A stretch of DNA of 32,000 nt from Desulfobulbus propionicus DSM 2032 (GTDB taxonomy: Bacteria > Desulfobacterota > Desulfobulbia > Desulfobulbales > Desulfobulbaceae). Shown piece after piece: positions 8,094 through 18,337 of this stretch. Below the pieces are notes generated by a model, which was not told the DNA's origin, did not search any database, and was given only the letters and a program-made list of their open reading frames with translations. The stretch's first letter is position 1. Each line of letters opens with the position of its first letter. The stretch is taken from positions 600,001-632,000 of the forward strand of contig NC_014972.1 in NCBI RefSeq assembly GCF_000186885.1, in the 5' to 3' direction. Both the position numbers and the translations under genes were made by a program.

Positions 8094-8813
8094 CTAGCGG
8101 GAAAGGCTCCTCGCCAGGGTAAAGACCTCGATTCGCGTCGCGCCTCCCGCCCGTAATACTTTGCTGCACTCGTTTACCGTGCTGCCGGTGGTGAAGACAT
8201 CGTCGATCAGCAAAACTCGCTTGCCCTGAACCGATGCGGGCATGGAGAGGATGAAGGCATCCTTGAGGTTGGTCCGTCGTTCTTTGCCAGAGAGGTGGGC
8301 TTGCGGTGTGGTCGGCCTGCGGCGAAGCAGGAGGCTGGGGGTGATCCTTGTGCGCCACTGTGGAAAACAGCTGCGGGCCACGAGGAGGGACTGGTTGAAT
8401 CCCCTTGTCCGTAGGCGGCCCGAGTGCAAGGGAACGGGTGCTATAACCTCGGGTTCGGCAAACAGGCGCAGGCATTCGGACCGGCCCGCCAGGGCGCCGA
8501 GGGTGGCGAGTCCAGTCAAGCTAGTGCTGAATTTCAACCCAAGAATGAGAGCGGAAACAGGGGGCTGGTAAACAAACAGGGCCCTCGCCAGGTCAAAGGC
8601 GTAGCACCCTGTCAGGCAGTCGCCGCAGAGGTGATCGGCGCCGTTGGCAAACGGCAGGCCGCAACCCGGACAAACAGGAGAACTGATCTCGGCAAGCGCG
8701 CCCAGGCAGTCGCCGCACAAAAGTGGTGGCTGGGAGGAATCCAGCCGGCGCTCGCATCCCAGGCACGCCGGGGGAAACAGCAGGTCTTGGAGGGCCTTGA
8801 AGTAGGAAGGCAC
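8094..8813 (-). CDS. comF: ComF family protein (phosphoribosyltransferase-like, ComFC type)
   Basis: N-terminal zinc-ribbon Cys pairs (CLGC...CGDC...CPGCG...CGDC). C-terminal PRTase motif VLLIDDVFTTGSTVNE. GTG start at 8813, 19 nt downstream of the icd stop. Confidence 0.85.
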   Translation of the reverse strand: MPSYFKALQDLLFPPACLGCERRLDSSQPPLLCGDCLGALAEISSPVCPGCGLPFANGADHLCGDCLTGCYAFDLARALFVYQPPVSALILGLKFSTSLTGLATLGALAGRSECLRLFAEPEVIAPVPLHSGRLRTRGFNQSLLVARSCFPQWRTRITPSLLLRRRPTTPQAHLSGKERRTNLKDAFILSMPASVQGKRVLLIDDVFTTGSTVNECSKVLRAGGATRIEVFTLARSLSR

Positions 8814-8832
8814 CTGCTGTGCCGAACAGTGG

Positions 8833-10050
8833 TTACATGTTGTTGATGATGGCGCTGCCGAACGCGGAGCAGGAAAGCTCTGTGGCGCCCTCCATCAACC
8901 GCGCGAGGTCGTAGGTGACCGTCTTTTTGGAAATCGTTGTTTCCAAGGCCGATTTGATCAGCTCAGCAGCTTCCTTCCACCCGATGTAGTCCAACAGCAT
9001 GACGCCGGAGAGCAACACGGAGCCGGGATTGACCTTGTCGAGTCCGGCATATTTCGGCGCGGTTCCATGGGTGGCTTCAAACAGGGCGACGCCGTCGCCG
9101 ATATTGGCGCCGGGCGCCATGCCCAATCCGCCCACCTGTGCGGCGAGGGCGTCGGAGATGTAGTCGCCATTGAGGTTGGGCATGGCGAGCACCGAGTATT
9201 CGCTTGGCCGGAGAAGAATTTGCTGGAACATGGCATCGGCAATTCGATCCTTGATGACGATTTTGCCTTCGGGTATCGCCCCGTTAAACTGTTCCCACAG
9301 GGCCGTCTCGGTAATGGTCGACTCGCCGAATTCCTCGGCGGCCAATTCGTATCCCCAGTGGCGAAAGGCCCCTTCGGTAAATTTCATGATATTGCCCTTG
9401 TGCACCAAGGTCACGGAATTCCGTCCTTCATCCAGGGCATACTGAATCGCTTTGCGCACCAATCGCTTGGTACCGAATTCGGAAATCGGCTTAATACCGA
9501 TGCCCGAATTGTCACGGATGGATGCCCCCATTTCGTTGCGGAGGAAATCGATCACCCGGTTGGCCTTTTCCGTGCCCGCTTGCCATTCGATACCTGCGTA
9601 CACGTCCTCAGTGTTTTCCCGAAAAATGACCATGTCGACCAAGCCCGGTTCCTTGACCGGTGAAACCACCCCCTGGTAATAGCGGACCGGACGCACGCAG
9701 GCGTAGAGATCGAGCACCTGACGCAGGGTCACGTTGAGGCTACGCATGCCCTCGCCCACAGGGGTCGTCAGGGGACCCTTGATACTGACCGTGTATTTCT
9801 TCAAGGCGTCGATCGTCTCCCGCGGCAGCCATTCGCCGGTCACACGAAAGGCCTTTTCTCCGGCCAACACCTCCAGCCATTCGATTTTTCGCGATTGGCC
9901 ATAACTCTTGGCTACCGCAGCGTCGAGAACCTTCTGGGCAGCGGCCCAGATGTCCGGCCCGGTTCCATCGCCTTCAATGTAAGGAATAATCGGGTTTGCC
10001 GGCACGTTCAGGGCGCCATTTGCTTTGAGAGTGATGATGTCTGCAGTCAA
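8833..10050 (-). CDS. icd: NADP-dependent isocitrate dehydrogenase
   Basis: [59 protein letters not shown] and HGTAPKYAG parallel E. coli Icd throughout. I trimmed the tracked ORF (8833..10230) to the TTG at 10050. That start is preceded by a perfect AAGGAG SD (10062..10057) at 6-nt spacing and gives a homolog-like N-terminus, (M)[16 protein letters not shown]. Confidence 0.92.
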   Translation of the reverse strand: MTADIITLKANGALNVPANPIIPYIEGDGTGPDIWAAAQKVLDAAVAKSYGQSRKIEWLEVLAGEKAFRVTGEWLPRETIDALKKYTVSIKGPLTTPVGEGMRSLNVTLRQVLDLYACVRPVRYYQGVVSPVKEPGLVDMVIFRENTEDVYAGIEWQAGTEKANRVIDFLRNEMGASIRDNSGIGIKPISEFGTKRLVRKAIQYALDEGRNSVTLVHKGNIMKFTEGAFRHWGYELAAEEFGESTITETALWEQFNGAIPEGKIVIKDRIADAMFQQILLRPSEYSVLAMPNLNGDYISDALAAQVGGLGMAPGANIGDGVALFEATHGTAPKYAGLDKVNPGSVLLSGVMLLDYIGWKEAAELIKSALETTISKKTVTYDLARLMEGATELSCSAFGSAIINNM

Positions 10051-10351
10051 AATAGACTCCTTGATAGATGACAAGTCACCGTATATCCGCACGAAGCTGC
10101 AACGGTGCATGGAACGCATTACGAAGTGCGGACTATATTCGATTGCACGTCTTCCGTCAATCGTGGCGCATTCGCCCTTGTAATTGCTCGCCGGCGTATT
10201 GATTTGGCTGGAGGCGGTTGCACGGTTCATCTTGCTCTTGAGGCCTTTGCCTGCTAAGTAGCTTCTGGAATTTTTGCAAACCTCTTGTGCACCGGTCCAG
10301 CGCCGACCCCTTCGAGGCGGGACACGGGCATTTCAACCATTGGTTTCCTGT

Positions 10352-11116
10352 ATGTCGCCACTCCAAGTTGTTCGAAGCCTTTGCACGCTCATCCTCGCGC
10401 CGCCCCTGACCTTTATTGTTTCCGCGCTCTCCCTGATCGACCTGAAATGGGTGCGCAAATCGGAAATCAAAGCCCAGATTTTTCCCCGTTACTGGGGAAG
10501 GATACTGTGCCGATGTGCCGGGGTGCGAGTCAAGGTGGAAGGTTTTGCGCATATTGATCCGCAGCGCACCTATATTTTTGCCGGCAACCATTGCAGTCAG
10601 TATGACATATTTTCATTTCAGGGCTACTTTCCCCATGATTTTCGCTGGATCGCCAAACAAGAACTCTTCCGCATTCCTCTGTTTGGCCAGGCCATGCACC
10701 GGGTCGGCTATATCCCCATCGATCGTTCCCGTGGCCGGCAGGCAATGAAGAGTCTGGATGCGGCAGCCGGGCGGATAGCGGCGGGCAGTTCCGTGCTTAT
10801 TTTTCCCGAGGGGACCAGGAGCGCCGACGGGATGGTACGGGAATTCAAGGCTGGGGCGGTGTTGCTGGCGATCAAGGCCGGGGTGCCCATCGTGCCCCTG
10901 GGGTTCAACGGCTCGTATGAAGTGCTGCCCAAAGGCAAACTGTTGCCTCGCAGCGGTACGATCACCATACGTATTGGTGCCCCGATCGACACGGGCCACT
11001 ACAAAAGCGCGGACAAGCAGACGCTGGCCTTCGAATTGCAAAAGGCTGTCCAGCAGTTGCTCGAAGAGCGCTATGTCCCGGACAATGAGCGCTATCGCGG
11101 AGTTGTTCAGGGATGA
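10352..11116 (+). CDS. plsC: 1-acyl-sn-glycerol-3-phosphate acyltransferase
   Basis: Acyltransferase motifs NHCSQYD (HX4D), FPEGTRS and VPIVPLGF. I chose the ATG at 10352 over the TTG at 10274 because the 26 extra codons are Arg/Pro-rich and look non-coding. Confidence 0.88.
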   Translation: MSPLQVVRSLCTLILAPPLTFIVSALSLIDLKWVRKSEIKAQIFPRYWGRILCRCAGVRVKVEGFAHIDPQRTYIFAGNHCSQYDIFSFQGYFPHDFRWIAKQELFRIPLFGQAMHRVGYIPIDRSRGRQAMKSLDAAAGRIAAGSSVLIFPEGTRSADGMVREFKAGAVLLAIKAGVPIVPLGFNGSYEVLPKGKLLPRSGTITIRIGAPIDTGHYKSADKQTLAFELQKAVQQLLEERYVPDNERYRGVVQG

Positions 11117-11151
11117 TTTCGATAAACATCGAAAACATAAGAGAGAATTTC

Positions 11152-11179
11152 TTGCAAAAACAAGTAAACCTGTCATAAT
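11152..11179 (+). promoter_or_regulatory. Candidate sigma70 promoter upstream of bamA
   Basis: TTGCAA (11152..11157), a 16-nt spacer, then CATAAT (11174..11179), in the AT-richer plsC-bamA spacer about 120 nt upstream of the bamA ATG. Confidence 0.35.
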
Positions 11180-11301
11180 GACCACCAATTTGTGAGGTGA
11201 TCAACCGGAGGTCGTTAATCCGCTGATTATCCCCTCTTTTTTCAGGTGGTTAGCTTGAGTGCCACCTGGCAAAGGCATAGACTCAACCAGGAACTTTTCC
11301 C

Positions 11302-13983
11302 ATGCAGTCGACATCAAGAATCCAGCCACCCCCTCTGAGCTTTTCACTCTTGTTCTGCGTTCTGCTATCAGGGCTTTTCGCCTGGCAACCGGGCGTGTGC
11401 CTGGCGCTGGAACGCAACACCGTTTTTCTGCCGTTCAAGATCAATGCCCCCGATGCCGCCAACGTGGCAGGGGCGGCCGATAGGGTGCTGTCCCAGGAGG
11501 CCATGGCCAAGGGAATGAAGATGGTTCCCCGGGCGCAGGCGGAGAAACTGGTGGATTATTCCGGCCCCTGGCCACCCGCCGCCTCAGTCCTGACTAAGGT
11601 CGCGGAATCTGCCGGCACTGACTACGTCGTGGTGGGCAGTCTGAACAAGCTCGGCAATCGAATCAGCGTCGATTGCGCGATCGTCGACGTGCTCACGCCC
11701 CAGGCTCCCTACTCGGCCTTTCGGGAAGCAGATTCGCTTGAGGGGTTGGAGAAGGTGACGGGTGAGGTAGTCGGCACCATGCTGGCCTATTCAAATCGCG
11801 GGGCCACGGTGGCCTCCATCACGCCGGAAGGCAACGAGCGTATCGACGCCGGCGCCATTTTACAGAAGATATCGACCAAGCCCGGAGATCTCTATGACCC
11901 CACCACCCTGCGGGAGGATCTGAAAGCCGTTTTCGCCATGGGCTACTTCGACAATGTCGAGATTGAAGCCAAAGAGAGCGAGGGGGGGAAGAATGTTGTG
12001 TTTCGGGTCAAGGAAAAACCGCTGATCGGCAGTGTGGTCATTGTCGGCGCCGAGGAAATCAAGGAAGAGGACGTGCGTGATGCGGCCAGCATCACAGCCA
12101 ATGCCATCCTCAATCCGGCCAAGGTCAACGAGGCGGTGCAAAAGATCAAGGAGCTTTATAAATCCAAGGGATACTACAACACCGAGGTGGGCGCCAAGAT
12201 AAGCTACCCTGCCGATGCCAACGCCGAAGTCCGCTTTGATATTCAGGAAGGAGAAAAGATCACCATCGAGAAGATTGCCTTTACCGGCAACACCAGCTTT
12301 GATGAGGACGAGTTGGAGGATGCCATTCAGACGGGCACCCATTCTTGGTGGCATTCCTGGTTGACCGACGCCGGAGTGCTCAAAATGGAGGTCCTCAAGC
12401 AGGACGCGGAACGGATCAGTACCTTTTACCAGAACCAGGGCTTCCTTGAAGCAAAGGTCGGCGAGCCGATCGTTGAGCAGAAGGACGACGAGCTGTATGT
12501 CACCTTTCCCATTGAAGAAGGCCCCCGGTATCAAGTGGGTACCGTTGACATTGAGGGCGACCTGATCAAGAGCAAGGAGGAGTTGGTCGACCTGCTCAAG
12601 ATCCGCGAGGAAGAATACCTGAACCGCCAAGTACTGCGGGATGATGTCACCCGGCTGACCGATCTGTATGCCGAGCAGGGATATGCCTTTGCCGAGATCA
12701 ACCCCAAGGTCAACAAATCGGATGCCGCCAAACGGGTCGATGTCCTGTTGCACGTCGACAAGGGCGCCATGGCCTACATCAATAGGGTCGAAATTCAAGG
12801 CAACACCCGCACCCGTGACAACGTCATCCGACGCGATCTCAAGGTGCAGGAGGGCGGACGTTTTGATTCCAAAGCCATCCGCACATCCACCCAGAAGCTC
12901 AATCGCCTGGGATTCTTTGAGGAAGTCAACGTGACGCCGAAACCGACCCTGATTGAAAATCAGATGGACATTCTGGTCGACGTCAAGGAAAAATCCACTG
13001 GTCAATTCAGCATCGGCGCCGGTTATTCGTCGTCGGAAAATGTTCTGTTCATGGGAGAGATCTCCGAGGACAATATTTTCGGTACCGGCAACAAGCTGTC
13101 CCTTGCCGCCAGTACCAGCAGCAAGAGCACCAAGTACAACATGAATTTCACCAATCCCCGGCTCTACGATTCCCAGGTTTCGGGGAGCATCGATCTGTTC
13201 AACTGGGAGCGGGAGTACGACGATTTCACCAAGGATTCCACCGGTTCCACCCTGCGGCTCGGCCATCCGCTGTTCGAGGAATGGCGTATCTATTACGGGT
13301 ACACCATTTCCGACACCGACATCACTGATATCGACGACGACGTCTCGGAATATATCAAACGTTCCGCGGACATCCATCTCACCAGCATGGCGGAGCTTTC
13401 CTTGGTCCGTGACACCCGCGACAAAATCTTTTCGCCGACCAAGGGATCGCGCAACAGCATCAGCGTCGATTATGCCGGCGGCCCGCTGGGCGGCGATGCC
13501 CAGTTCACGAAAGTAGAGGGAGCGTCCTCCTGGTACTTTCCATTGTTCTGGAGCACCGTTTTCCACGTGAAAGGTGCGGCTGGCCAAGCCTTTGAAAACG
13601 AAGACGGCAAATTGCCGGTGTATGAACATTTCTTCCTTGGCGGCATGAACTCCATTCGTGGTTTTGATTCCGCCTCCATCAGTCCGCGCGACCCGAAAAC
13701 GGATGACAAGATTGGTGGCGACAAAATGTGGTACGGTACCGTTTCGATCATCTTCCCCTTGGTTAAAGATCTGGGTATGGATGGCGAAATCTTTCATGAC
13801 TTCGGTAATGTATACGATGTCGACGACAATTGGGATTTCAGCGATTATAAGAAAACCGCCGGTGTTGGCATCCTCTGGGCCTCTCCGTTGGGACCGCTCA
13901 GACTGGCCTGGGGCTTCAATCTGGACAAGCAAGATGACGAAGACAGCTCGAATTGGGACTTCAGCATGGGCGGCACCTTCTGA
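11302..13983 (+). CDS. bamA: Outer membrane protein assembly factor BamA, with an extra N-terminal domain before POTRA1
   Basis: Signal peptide, POTRA repeats (for example INRVEIQGNTRTRDNVIRRDLKVQEGGRF), a C-terminal Omp85 barrel (GGMNSIRGF, GVGILWASPLGPLRLAWGF), and a terminal F. It is 893 aa against about 810 aa for E. coli BamA. Confidence 0.95.
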   Translation: MQSTSRIQPPPLSFSLLFCVLLSGLFAWQPGVCLALERNTVFLPFKINAPDAANVAGAADRVLSQEAMAKGMKMVPRAQAEKLVDYSGPWPPAASVLTKVAESAGTDYVVVGSLNKLGNRISVDCAIVDVLTPQAPYSAFREADSLEGLEKVTGEVVGTMLAYSNRGATVASITPEGNERIDAGAILQKISTKPGDLYDPTTLREDLKAVFAMGYFDNVEIEAKESEGGKNVVFRVKEKPLIGSVVIVGAEEIKEEDVRDAASITANAILNPAKVNEAVQKIKELYKSKGYYNTEVGAKISYPADANAEVRFDIQEGEKITIEKIAFTGNTSFDEDELEDAIQTGTHSWWHSWLTDAGVLKMEVLKQDAERISTFYQNQGFLEAKVGEPIVEQKDDELYVTFPIEEGPRYQVGTVDIEGDLIKSKEELVDLLKIREEEYLNRQVLRDDVTRLTDLYAEQGYAFAEINPKVNKSDAAKRVDVLLHVDKGAMAYINRVEIQGNTRTRDNVIRRDLKVQEGGRFDSKAIRTSTQKLNRLGFFEEVNVTPKPTLIENQMDILVDVKEKSTGQFSIGAGYSSSENVLFMGEISEDNIFGTGNKLSLAASTSSKSTKYNMNFTNPRLYDSQVSGSIDLFNWEREYDDFTKDSTGSTLRLGHPLFEEWRIYYGYTISDTDITDIDDDVSEYIKRSADIHLTSMAELSLVRDTRDKIFSPTKGSRNSISVDYAGGPLGGDAQFTKVEGASSWYFPLFWSTVFHVKGAAGQAFENEDGKLPVYEHFFLGGMNSIRGFDSASISPRDPKTDDKIGGDKMWYGTVSIIFPLVKDLGMDGEIFHDFGNVYDVDDNWDFSDYKKTAGVGILWASPLGPLRLAWGFNLDKQDDEDSSNWDFSMGGTF

Positions 13984-14017
13984 TCGTTCCAGATCTCGTC
14001 TGATCTGACCGCTGTTC

Positions 14018-17000
14018 ATGCAGTCGATGCTCGCGAGACTGCGTGACAGCAGTTCTCCCCCCGATATTGTCGGTCTTCACGGTGCTTCCACTGCCCTGCT
14101 GCTTGCCAGGGCAGTGGAAACCCTCCAGCACACAGTCTGTTGCATCCTCCCCGCTGATGAGCAGCTCGAGCCGTTAGCGCAGGATATTGCTTTTTTCTCC
14201 AATGTTCGGGTATTGCTGTATCCGAGCTTCGAAATTCCTCCGTACACCCCACTTTCCCCCGATCCAGCCACGGTTTGCGGCCGTTTGGCCACCTTGTATT
14301 TGTTACGGGAAGACCTTTCCCCCTGCATTGTATTGACCTCGGCAGAGGCCGTGCTCAGGCGGGTTCTGCCAGCCGCCGTACTGAACGCTCACTGTGAGCT
14401 GGTCATGACTGGCGAGGAAACGGATCGAGAGGCGCTCATCGGCTCGTTGATCGCCGCAGGCTACCAGCAGTGCGACATGGTTCGCCAGGAAGGGGATTTG
14501 GCCCTGCGCGGCGGAATCGTCGATGTGTATCCACCCACCCTTGATCCTGCCGCCAATGGTCCCTTGCGGCTTGATTTTTTTGGGGACACGGTTGAATCCA
14601 TCCGTCTTTTTGATCCACTGTCCCAGCGTTCGCGGCAAGAGCTGAGGGAAGCGATTCTGTTGCCCGCATCAGATCTGCTGTTCCCTCGTACCGATCAGCG
14701 TGCCCCTCTGTTGCAGCGACTCGAAGCCGTTGCCGATCAGTATCAATGGGCGTCCGCCGAGGTGCGCGTCCTACGGGAGCGTCTTGCCACCGGCCAACGC
14801 TTCCCGGGCATTGAATTCATGCTGCCGCTCATCTATGGTGGCAAAGATGGGGTGCAAACCCTGTTCGACTACCTGCCGCCGACCGCTTCGCTCATGGTGT
14901 ACGATCCAGCCGCGGTCGGGCAGCGGGTGCAGCTGGTTCATGACCGGATTGCCGCCAATTATCGCGAGGCCGTGGAACGGCAGCTTCCCGCTTTGCCGCC
15001 GGAGGCACTGTTTGTGGGAGAACACGAGCTGCACACGGCCACCCGGGAACGTCTGCGTGCCCGCATTCTCCCGATCCCGGATCCGGACAACCCCTCCGCC
15101 ACGCTGACTGTGCAGACAGGTGACCACAGCCTATTGGTCCAGGAGATCGAACTGCAGCGGAAAAAGCGGGGCCTGCTGGCGCCACTTGCCGATCGCATTC
15201 TCAAATGGCAGCAGGACCAGGATCGCATCGTCCTCGCCTGCCGATCAGCTCGTCAGGCCGAACATCTCCGGGAAATGCTCGGCAATTACCAACTCAAGGT
15301 CTCCCTGCTGACCCCGCCGTTCGCTCCTGCCGCCCTGATCGACGACGATCAGGTCTATTGTTACGAACACCCCCTGTCCAGGGGATTCGATTTTCCCGCT
15401 GAAAAGATTCATTTCCTCTCAGCTCTTGAGCTGTTCGGTGAAAAACGATTGCGCACCGGCCGTCAGCGCACACGAGGTCGCGACCAAGGCCAACCTGTTC
15501 AGATCGAGCAGCTTGCCGAAGGGGATGTGGTGGTCCATCGCGATCACGGGATCGGTGTGTTTCAAGGGTTGGTCAATATGGAGATTTCCGGCCAGCGGGG
15601 AGATTTCCTGCAGATTGCCTTCCGTGACGACGACAAGCTCTATGTCCCGGTGGACCGGCTCCATTGGGTGAGCCGCTATCAGGGGCTCACCGATCAACAG
15701 CCCAAACTAGACAGTCTCGGATCGCAGCGGTGGCAGACAACCAAAAAGAAGGTCACCGAGGCGGTGTGGAAGATTGCCCAGGAACTCCTGGAGATCTACG
15801 CGCAACGGGCCATGCGCCAGGGACATCGCTTTTCGCCCCCTGGTGATCTCTATCGGCAGCTGGAAGAATCCTTTCCTTATGATGAAACTAAGGGACAGGC
15901 CAAAGCCATTGATGAGGTCATCGATGATCTGACCCATGAGCAGCCCATGGATCGTCTCATTTGCGGCGACGTCGGCTACGGCAAGACCGAAGTGGCGGCG
16001 CGGGCGGCCTTCAAGGTGATCGAGGACGGCTATCAGGTGGCGATCCTGGTACCGACCACGGTGCTGGCCGAACAGCACGCCGCCACCTTTCGTGAACGTT
16101 TCGCTTCCTTTCCAGTGGAGATCGCCTGCCTCAATCGCTTCCGCACCGTCCGCCAGCAAAAGGAGATCGTCGCGCAGCTGGGCGCCGGCAACATTGACCT
16201 GGTGGTGGGCACCCACCGGCTGCTGTCCAAGGATGTCCAATTCAAGAAGCTCGGGTTGCTGATTGTCGACGAGGAGCATCGGTTTGGTGTGGCCCACAAG
16301 GAGCGGATCAAGAAATTCAAGGCCACGGTCGATGTCCTGACGCTTACCGCCACCCCCATCCCCCGCACCCTGCAAATGTCCCTGTTGGGTATTCGTGATC
16401 TTTCTGTGATCTCTACACCGCCGCAGCAACGACGTTCGGTCAAAACGTTCCTGGCCCGCTACGATCAATTGGTGATCAGGGAGGCGGTTTTGCGCGAACT
16501 GGAACGGGGGGGGCAACTCTTTTTTGTCCATAACCGAGTGCAATCCATTCATCGGATGGCTGACACCATCGCCGCCCAGGTGCCACAGGCGCGCATTGGT
16601 GTGGCCCATGGACAGATGGCTGGGCCGCAGTTGGAGGACGTCATGGTCCGATTCATCAACCATGAACTCGATATCCTGGTCTGCACCACCATCATCGAAT
16701 CCGGTCTGGATATTCCCAATGCCAACACCATCGTCATCAATCGAGCCGATCATCTTGGCCTGGCCGACATCTACCAGTTGCGGGGCAGGGTAGGCCGGGC
16801 GGCGCGGCAGGCCTACGCCTATCTGCTGGTCTCCTCGCTCGATCACCTGACGCCGGATGCGCAGCAGCGATTGCGAGCTCTCATGGACTGCTCCGAACTG
16901 GGGGGCGGGTTCAAATTGGCGATGAACGACCTGCAGATCCGGGGAGGCGGCAATCTGCTCGGTGTTTCCCAATCCGGCCATATTGCCGCTGTCGGCTACG

Positions 17001-17551
17001 ATCTCTACCTTGAGCTGTTGCAGTCAACGGTGGCTGATTTGAAACGCCGGGCACGGGAAGGGCAAGAGACGGTGGCCCGCGAGGAGATCGACCCGGAAAT
17101 CAAGCTCAAGGTGGCGGCATACCTCCCCGATCATTACATCCAGGAGACCAGCCAGCGCTACCATGCCTACCGTCGGATTTCCCTCGCCGGCAATGGCACG
17201 AGTGAAGAGTTGACGGCAATCGAGGAGGAACTGGTTGATCGCTATGGCCCCTTGCCGCGGGAGGCCGCCACCCTGCTGGCGGTGATCGGCCTGAAACAGC
17301 AGTTGCGAGTTCTGGGTATCCAGAAGCTGGAGCAGGGGCCGGAGTCGCTGATTTTTTCTTTTGTGGCCAATCCTCCCATCGATTCCGCGCGGATTCTGGC
17401 GCTGATCCAGCAAAAACCGGGGCGAAAAAGAACGGCTCAGTCTATCCGGCTCACCCCCGATCAACGGCTGATTGTCCCCTTTTCCGCGCAAGAGGACCTT
17501 TTTCGTCACATTCAGACCATCATTCATTCCTTGCAGGGACCGACATCATGA
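14018..17551 (+). CDS. mfd: Transcription-repair coupling factor Mfd
   Basis: UvrB-homology N-terminus, an RNAP-interacting region, Walker A GDVGYGKTEVA, DEEH box LLIVDEEHRFGV, and helicase motif VI QLRGRVGR. The 1177-aa length is typical for Mfd. Confidence 0.95.
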   Translation: MQSMLARLRDSSSPPDIVGLHGASTALLLARAVETLQHTVCCILPADEQLEPLAQDIAFFSNVRVLLYPSFEIPPYTPLSPDPATVCGRLATLYLLREDLSPCIVLTSAEAVLRRVLPAAVLNAHCELVMTGEETDREALIGSLIAAGYQQCDMVRQEGDLALRGGIVDVYPPTLDPAANGPLRLDFFGDTVESIRLFDPLSQRSRQELREAILLPASDLLFPRTDQRAPLLQRLEAVADQYQWASAEVRVLRERLATGQRFPGIEFMLPLIYGGKDGVQTLFDYLPPTASLMVYDPAAVGQRVQLVHDRIAANYREAVERQLPALPPEALFVGEHELHTATRERLRARILPIPDPDNPSATLTVQTGDHSLLVQEIELQRKKRGLLAPLADRILKWQQDQDRIVLACRSARQAEHLREMLGNYQLKVSLLTPPFAPAALIDDDQVYCYEHPLSRGFDFPAEKIHFLSALELFGEKRLRTGRQRTRGRDQGQPVQIEQLAEGDVVVHRDHGIGVFQGLVNMEISGQRGDFLQIAFRDDDKLYVPVDRLHWVSRYQGLTDQQPKLDSLGSQRWQTTKKKVTEAVWKIAQELLEIYAQRAMRQGHRFSPPGDLYRQLEESFPYDETKGQAKAIDEVIDDLTHEQPMDRLICGDVGYGKTEVAARAAFKVIEDGYQVAILVPTTVLAEQHAATFRERFASFPVEIACLNRFRTVRQQKEIVAQLGAGNIDLVVGTHRLLSKDVQFKKLGLLIVDEEHRFGVAHKERIKKFKATVDVLTLTATPIPRTLQMSLLGIRDLSVISTPPQQRRSVKTFLARYDQLVIREAVLRELERGGQLFFVHNRVQSIHRMADTIAAQVPQARIGVAHGQMAGPQLEDVMVRFINHELDILVCTTIIESGLDIPNANTIVINRADHLGLADIYQLRGRVGRAARQAYAYLLVSSLDHLTPDAQQRLRALMDCSELGGGFKLAMNDLQIRGGGNLLGVSQSGHIAAVGYDLYLELLQSTVADLKRRAREGQETVAREEIDPEIKLKVAAYLPDHYIQETSQRYHAYRRISLAGNGTSEELTAIEEELVDRYGPLPREAATLLAVIGLKQQLRVLGIQKLEQGPESLIFSFVANPPIDSARILALIQQKPGRKRTAQSIRLTPDQRLIVPFSAQEDLFRHIQTIIHSLQGPTS

Positions 17552-18240
17552 AGACCACCCCTCTGTATTGTGAGAAAATTTTCCCCGTTTTTCCTTGGAA
17601 GCAGATTGATACCGTGCTGCTCGACATGGATGGCACCCTGCTGGACAAACACTTTGACGATTACTTCTGGGAACAGTATCTCCCCGAACATTACAGCCTG
17701 CTGCACGACATTTCGGTGGAAGAGGCCAAGGCGCATCTGCTGGCCCGCTATCATCAGGTCAAAGATACCCTCGACTGGTCGGATCTTGATTTTTGGTCTC
17801 GTGAGTTGGACATGGATGTGCAGGAGTTGAAGTTGCGAATTAACCATCTCATTGGCGTGCACCCCTATGTCGTTGAATTTCTCGAATATTGCCTGAAGAT
17901 CCGTAAGCGGCTCTACCTGATCACCAATGCCCATTCCAGCACCTTGTCGATCAAGCTGCAGAAAACAGCGATTGGCCCTTGGTTTGATCGGATTGTGTGC
18001 GCCGCAGAGGTGGGACTGGCCAAGGAAGACCCGCAATTTTGGCAGCGGCTAGAAGAAATGCTCCAGTTCGACAAAAGACGGACGCTGTTGGTCGATGACA
18101 CGGAAAAGGTGCTATTTGCCGCTCAAAGCCATGGCCTTGGGTTTCTCCTGTTTGTTGCTCGCCCGAGCAGCCGCCAGCGGGTTCAGTATTCCTGCAACTT
18201 TCCCTCGATCGTCTATTTCAAGGAATTGCTGCCCCAATAG
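17548..18240 (+). CDS. yrfG: HAD-superfamily hydrolase, YrfG-like GMP/IMP nucleotidase
   Basis: DTVLLDMDGTLLD..FDDYFWEQ, YLITNAH, KEDPQFW and LLVDD follow E. coli YrfG motif by motif. Its start overlaps the mfd stop (ATGA), which suggests translational coupling. Confidence 0.8.
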   Translation: MKTTPLYCEKIFPVFPWKQIDTVLLDMDGTLLDKHFDDYFWEQYLPEHYSLLHDISVEEAKAHLLARYHQVKDTLDWSDLDFWSRELDMDVQELKLRINHLIGVHPYVVEFLEYCLKIRKRLYLITNAHSSTLSIKLQKTAIGPWFDRIVCAAEVGLAKEDPQFWQRLEEMLQFDKRRTLLVDDTEKVLFAAQSHGLGFLLFVARPSSRQRVQYSCNFPSIVYFKELLPQ

Positions 18241-18264
18241 AGATCGTCGCCGTTACACCTACAC

Positions 18265-18303
18265 AAAAAAGCCATCCCGCCTCTGCGGCGGGATGGCTTT
18301 TTT
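18265..18303. terminator. Bidirectional rho-independent terminator between convergent genes
   Basis: Perfect 11-bp GC-rich stem: GCCATCCCGCC (18271..18281) pairs with GGCGGGATGGC (18287..18297) across a 5-nt loop. It is flanked by A6 on the left and T6 on the right, so it reads as hairpin plus U-tract on both strands. Confidence 0.9.
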
Positions 18304-18337
18304 GTGTGCGAGAAAAACAGGGACGGTCAGATGTGGT

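Noticed and set aside
10051-10230. 60-codon N-terminal extension of icd in the ORF track ([13 protein letters not shown]...)
   Set aside because: Homologous Icd proteins start about 10 residues before NVP.NPIIP. A TTG at 10050 with a perfect AAGGAG SD gives exactly that. The extension looks non-coding and probably holds the icd promoter and leader.
11860-14019. 719-aa minus-strand ORF covering most of bamA
   Set aside because: It is an antisense shadow of a strongly supported gene. The translation is a low-complexity G/V/D/I/A-rich string with no motif, and the opposite strand encodes a full-length BamA.
15707-16981. 424-aa minus-strand ORF inside mfd
   Set aside because: Antisense to the Mfd helicase core, whose Walker A, DEEH and QLRGRVGR motifs are all on the plus strand. 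It has no motifs of its own.
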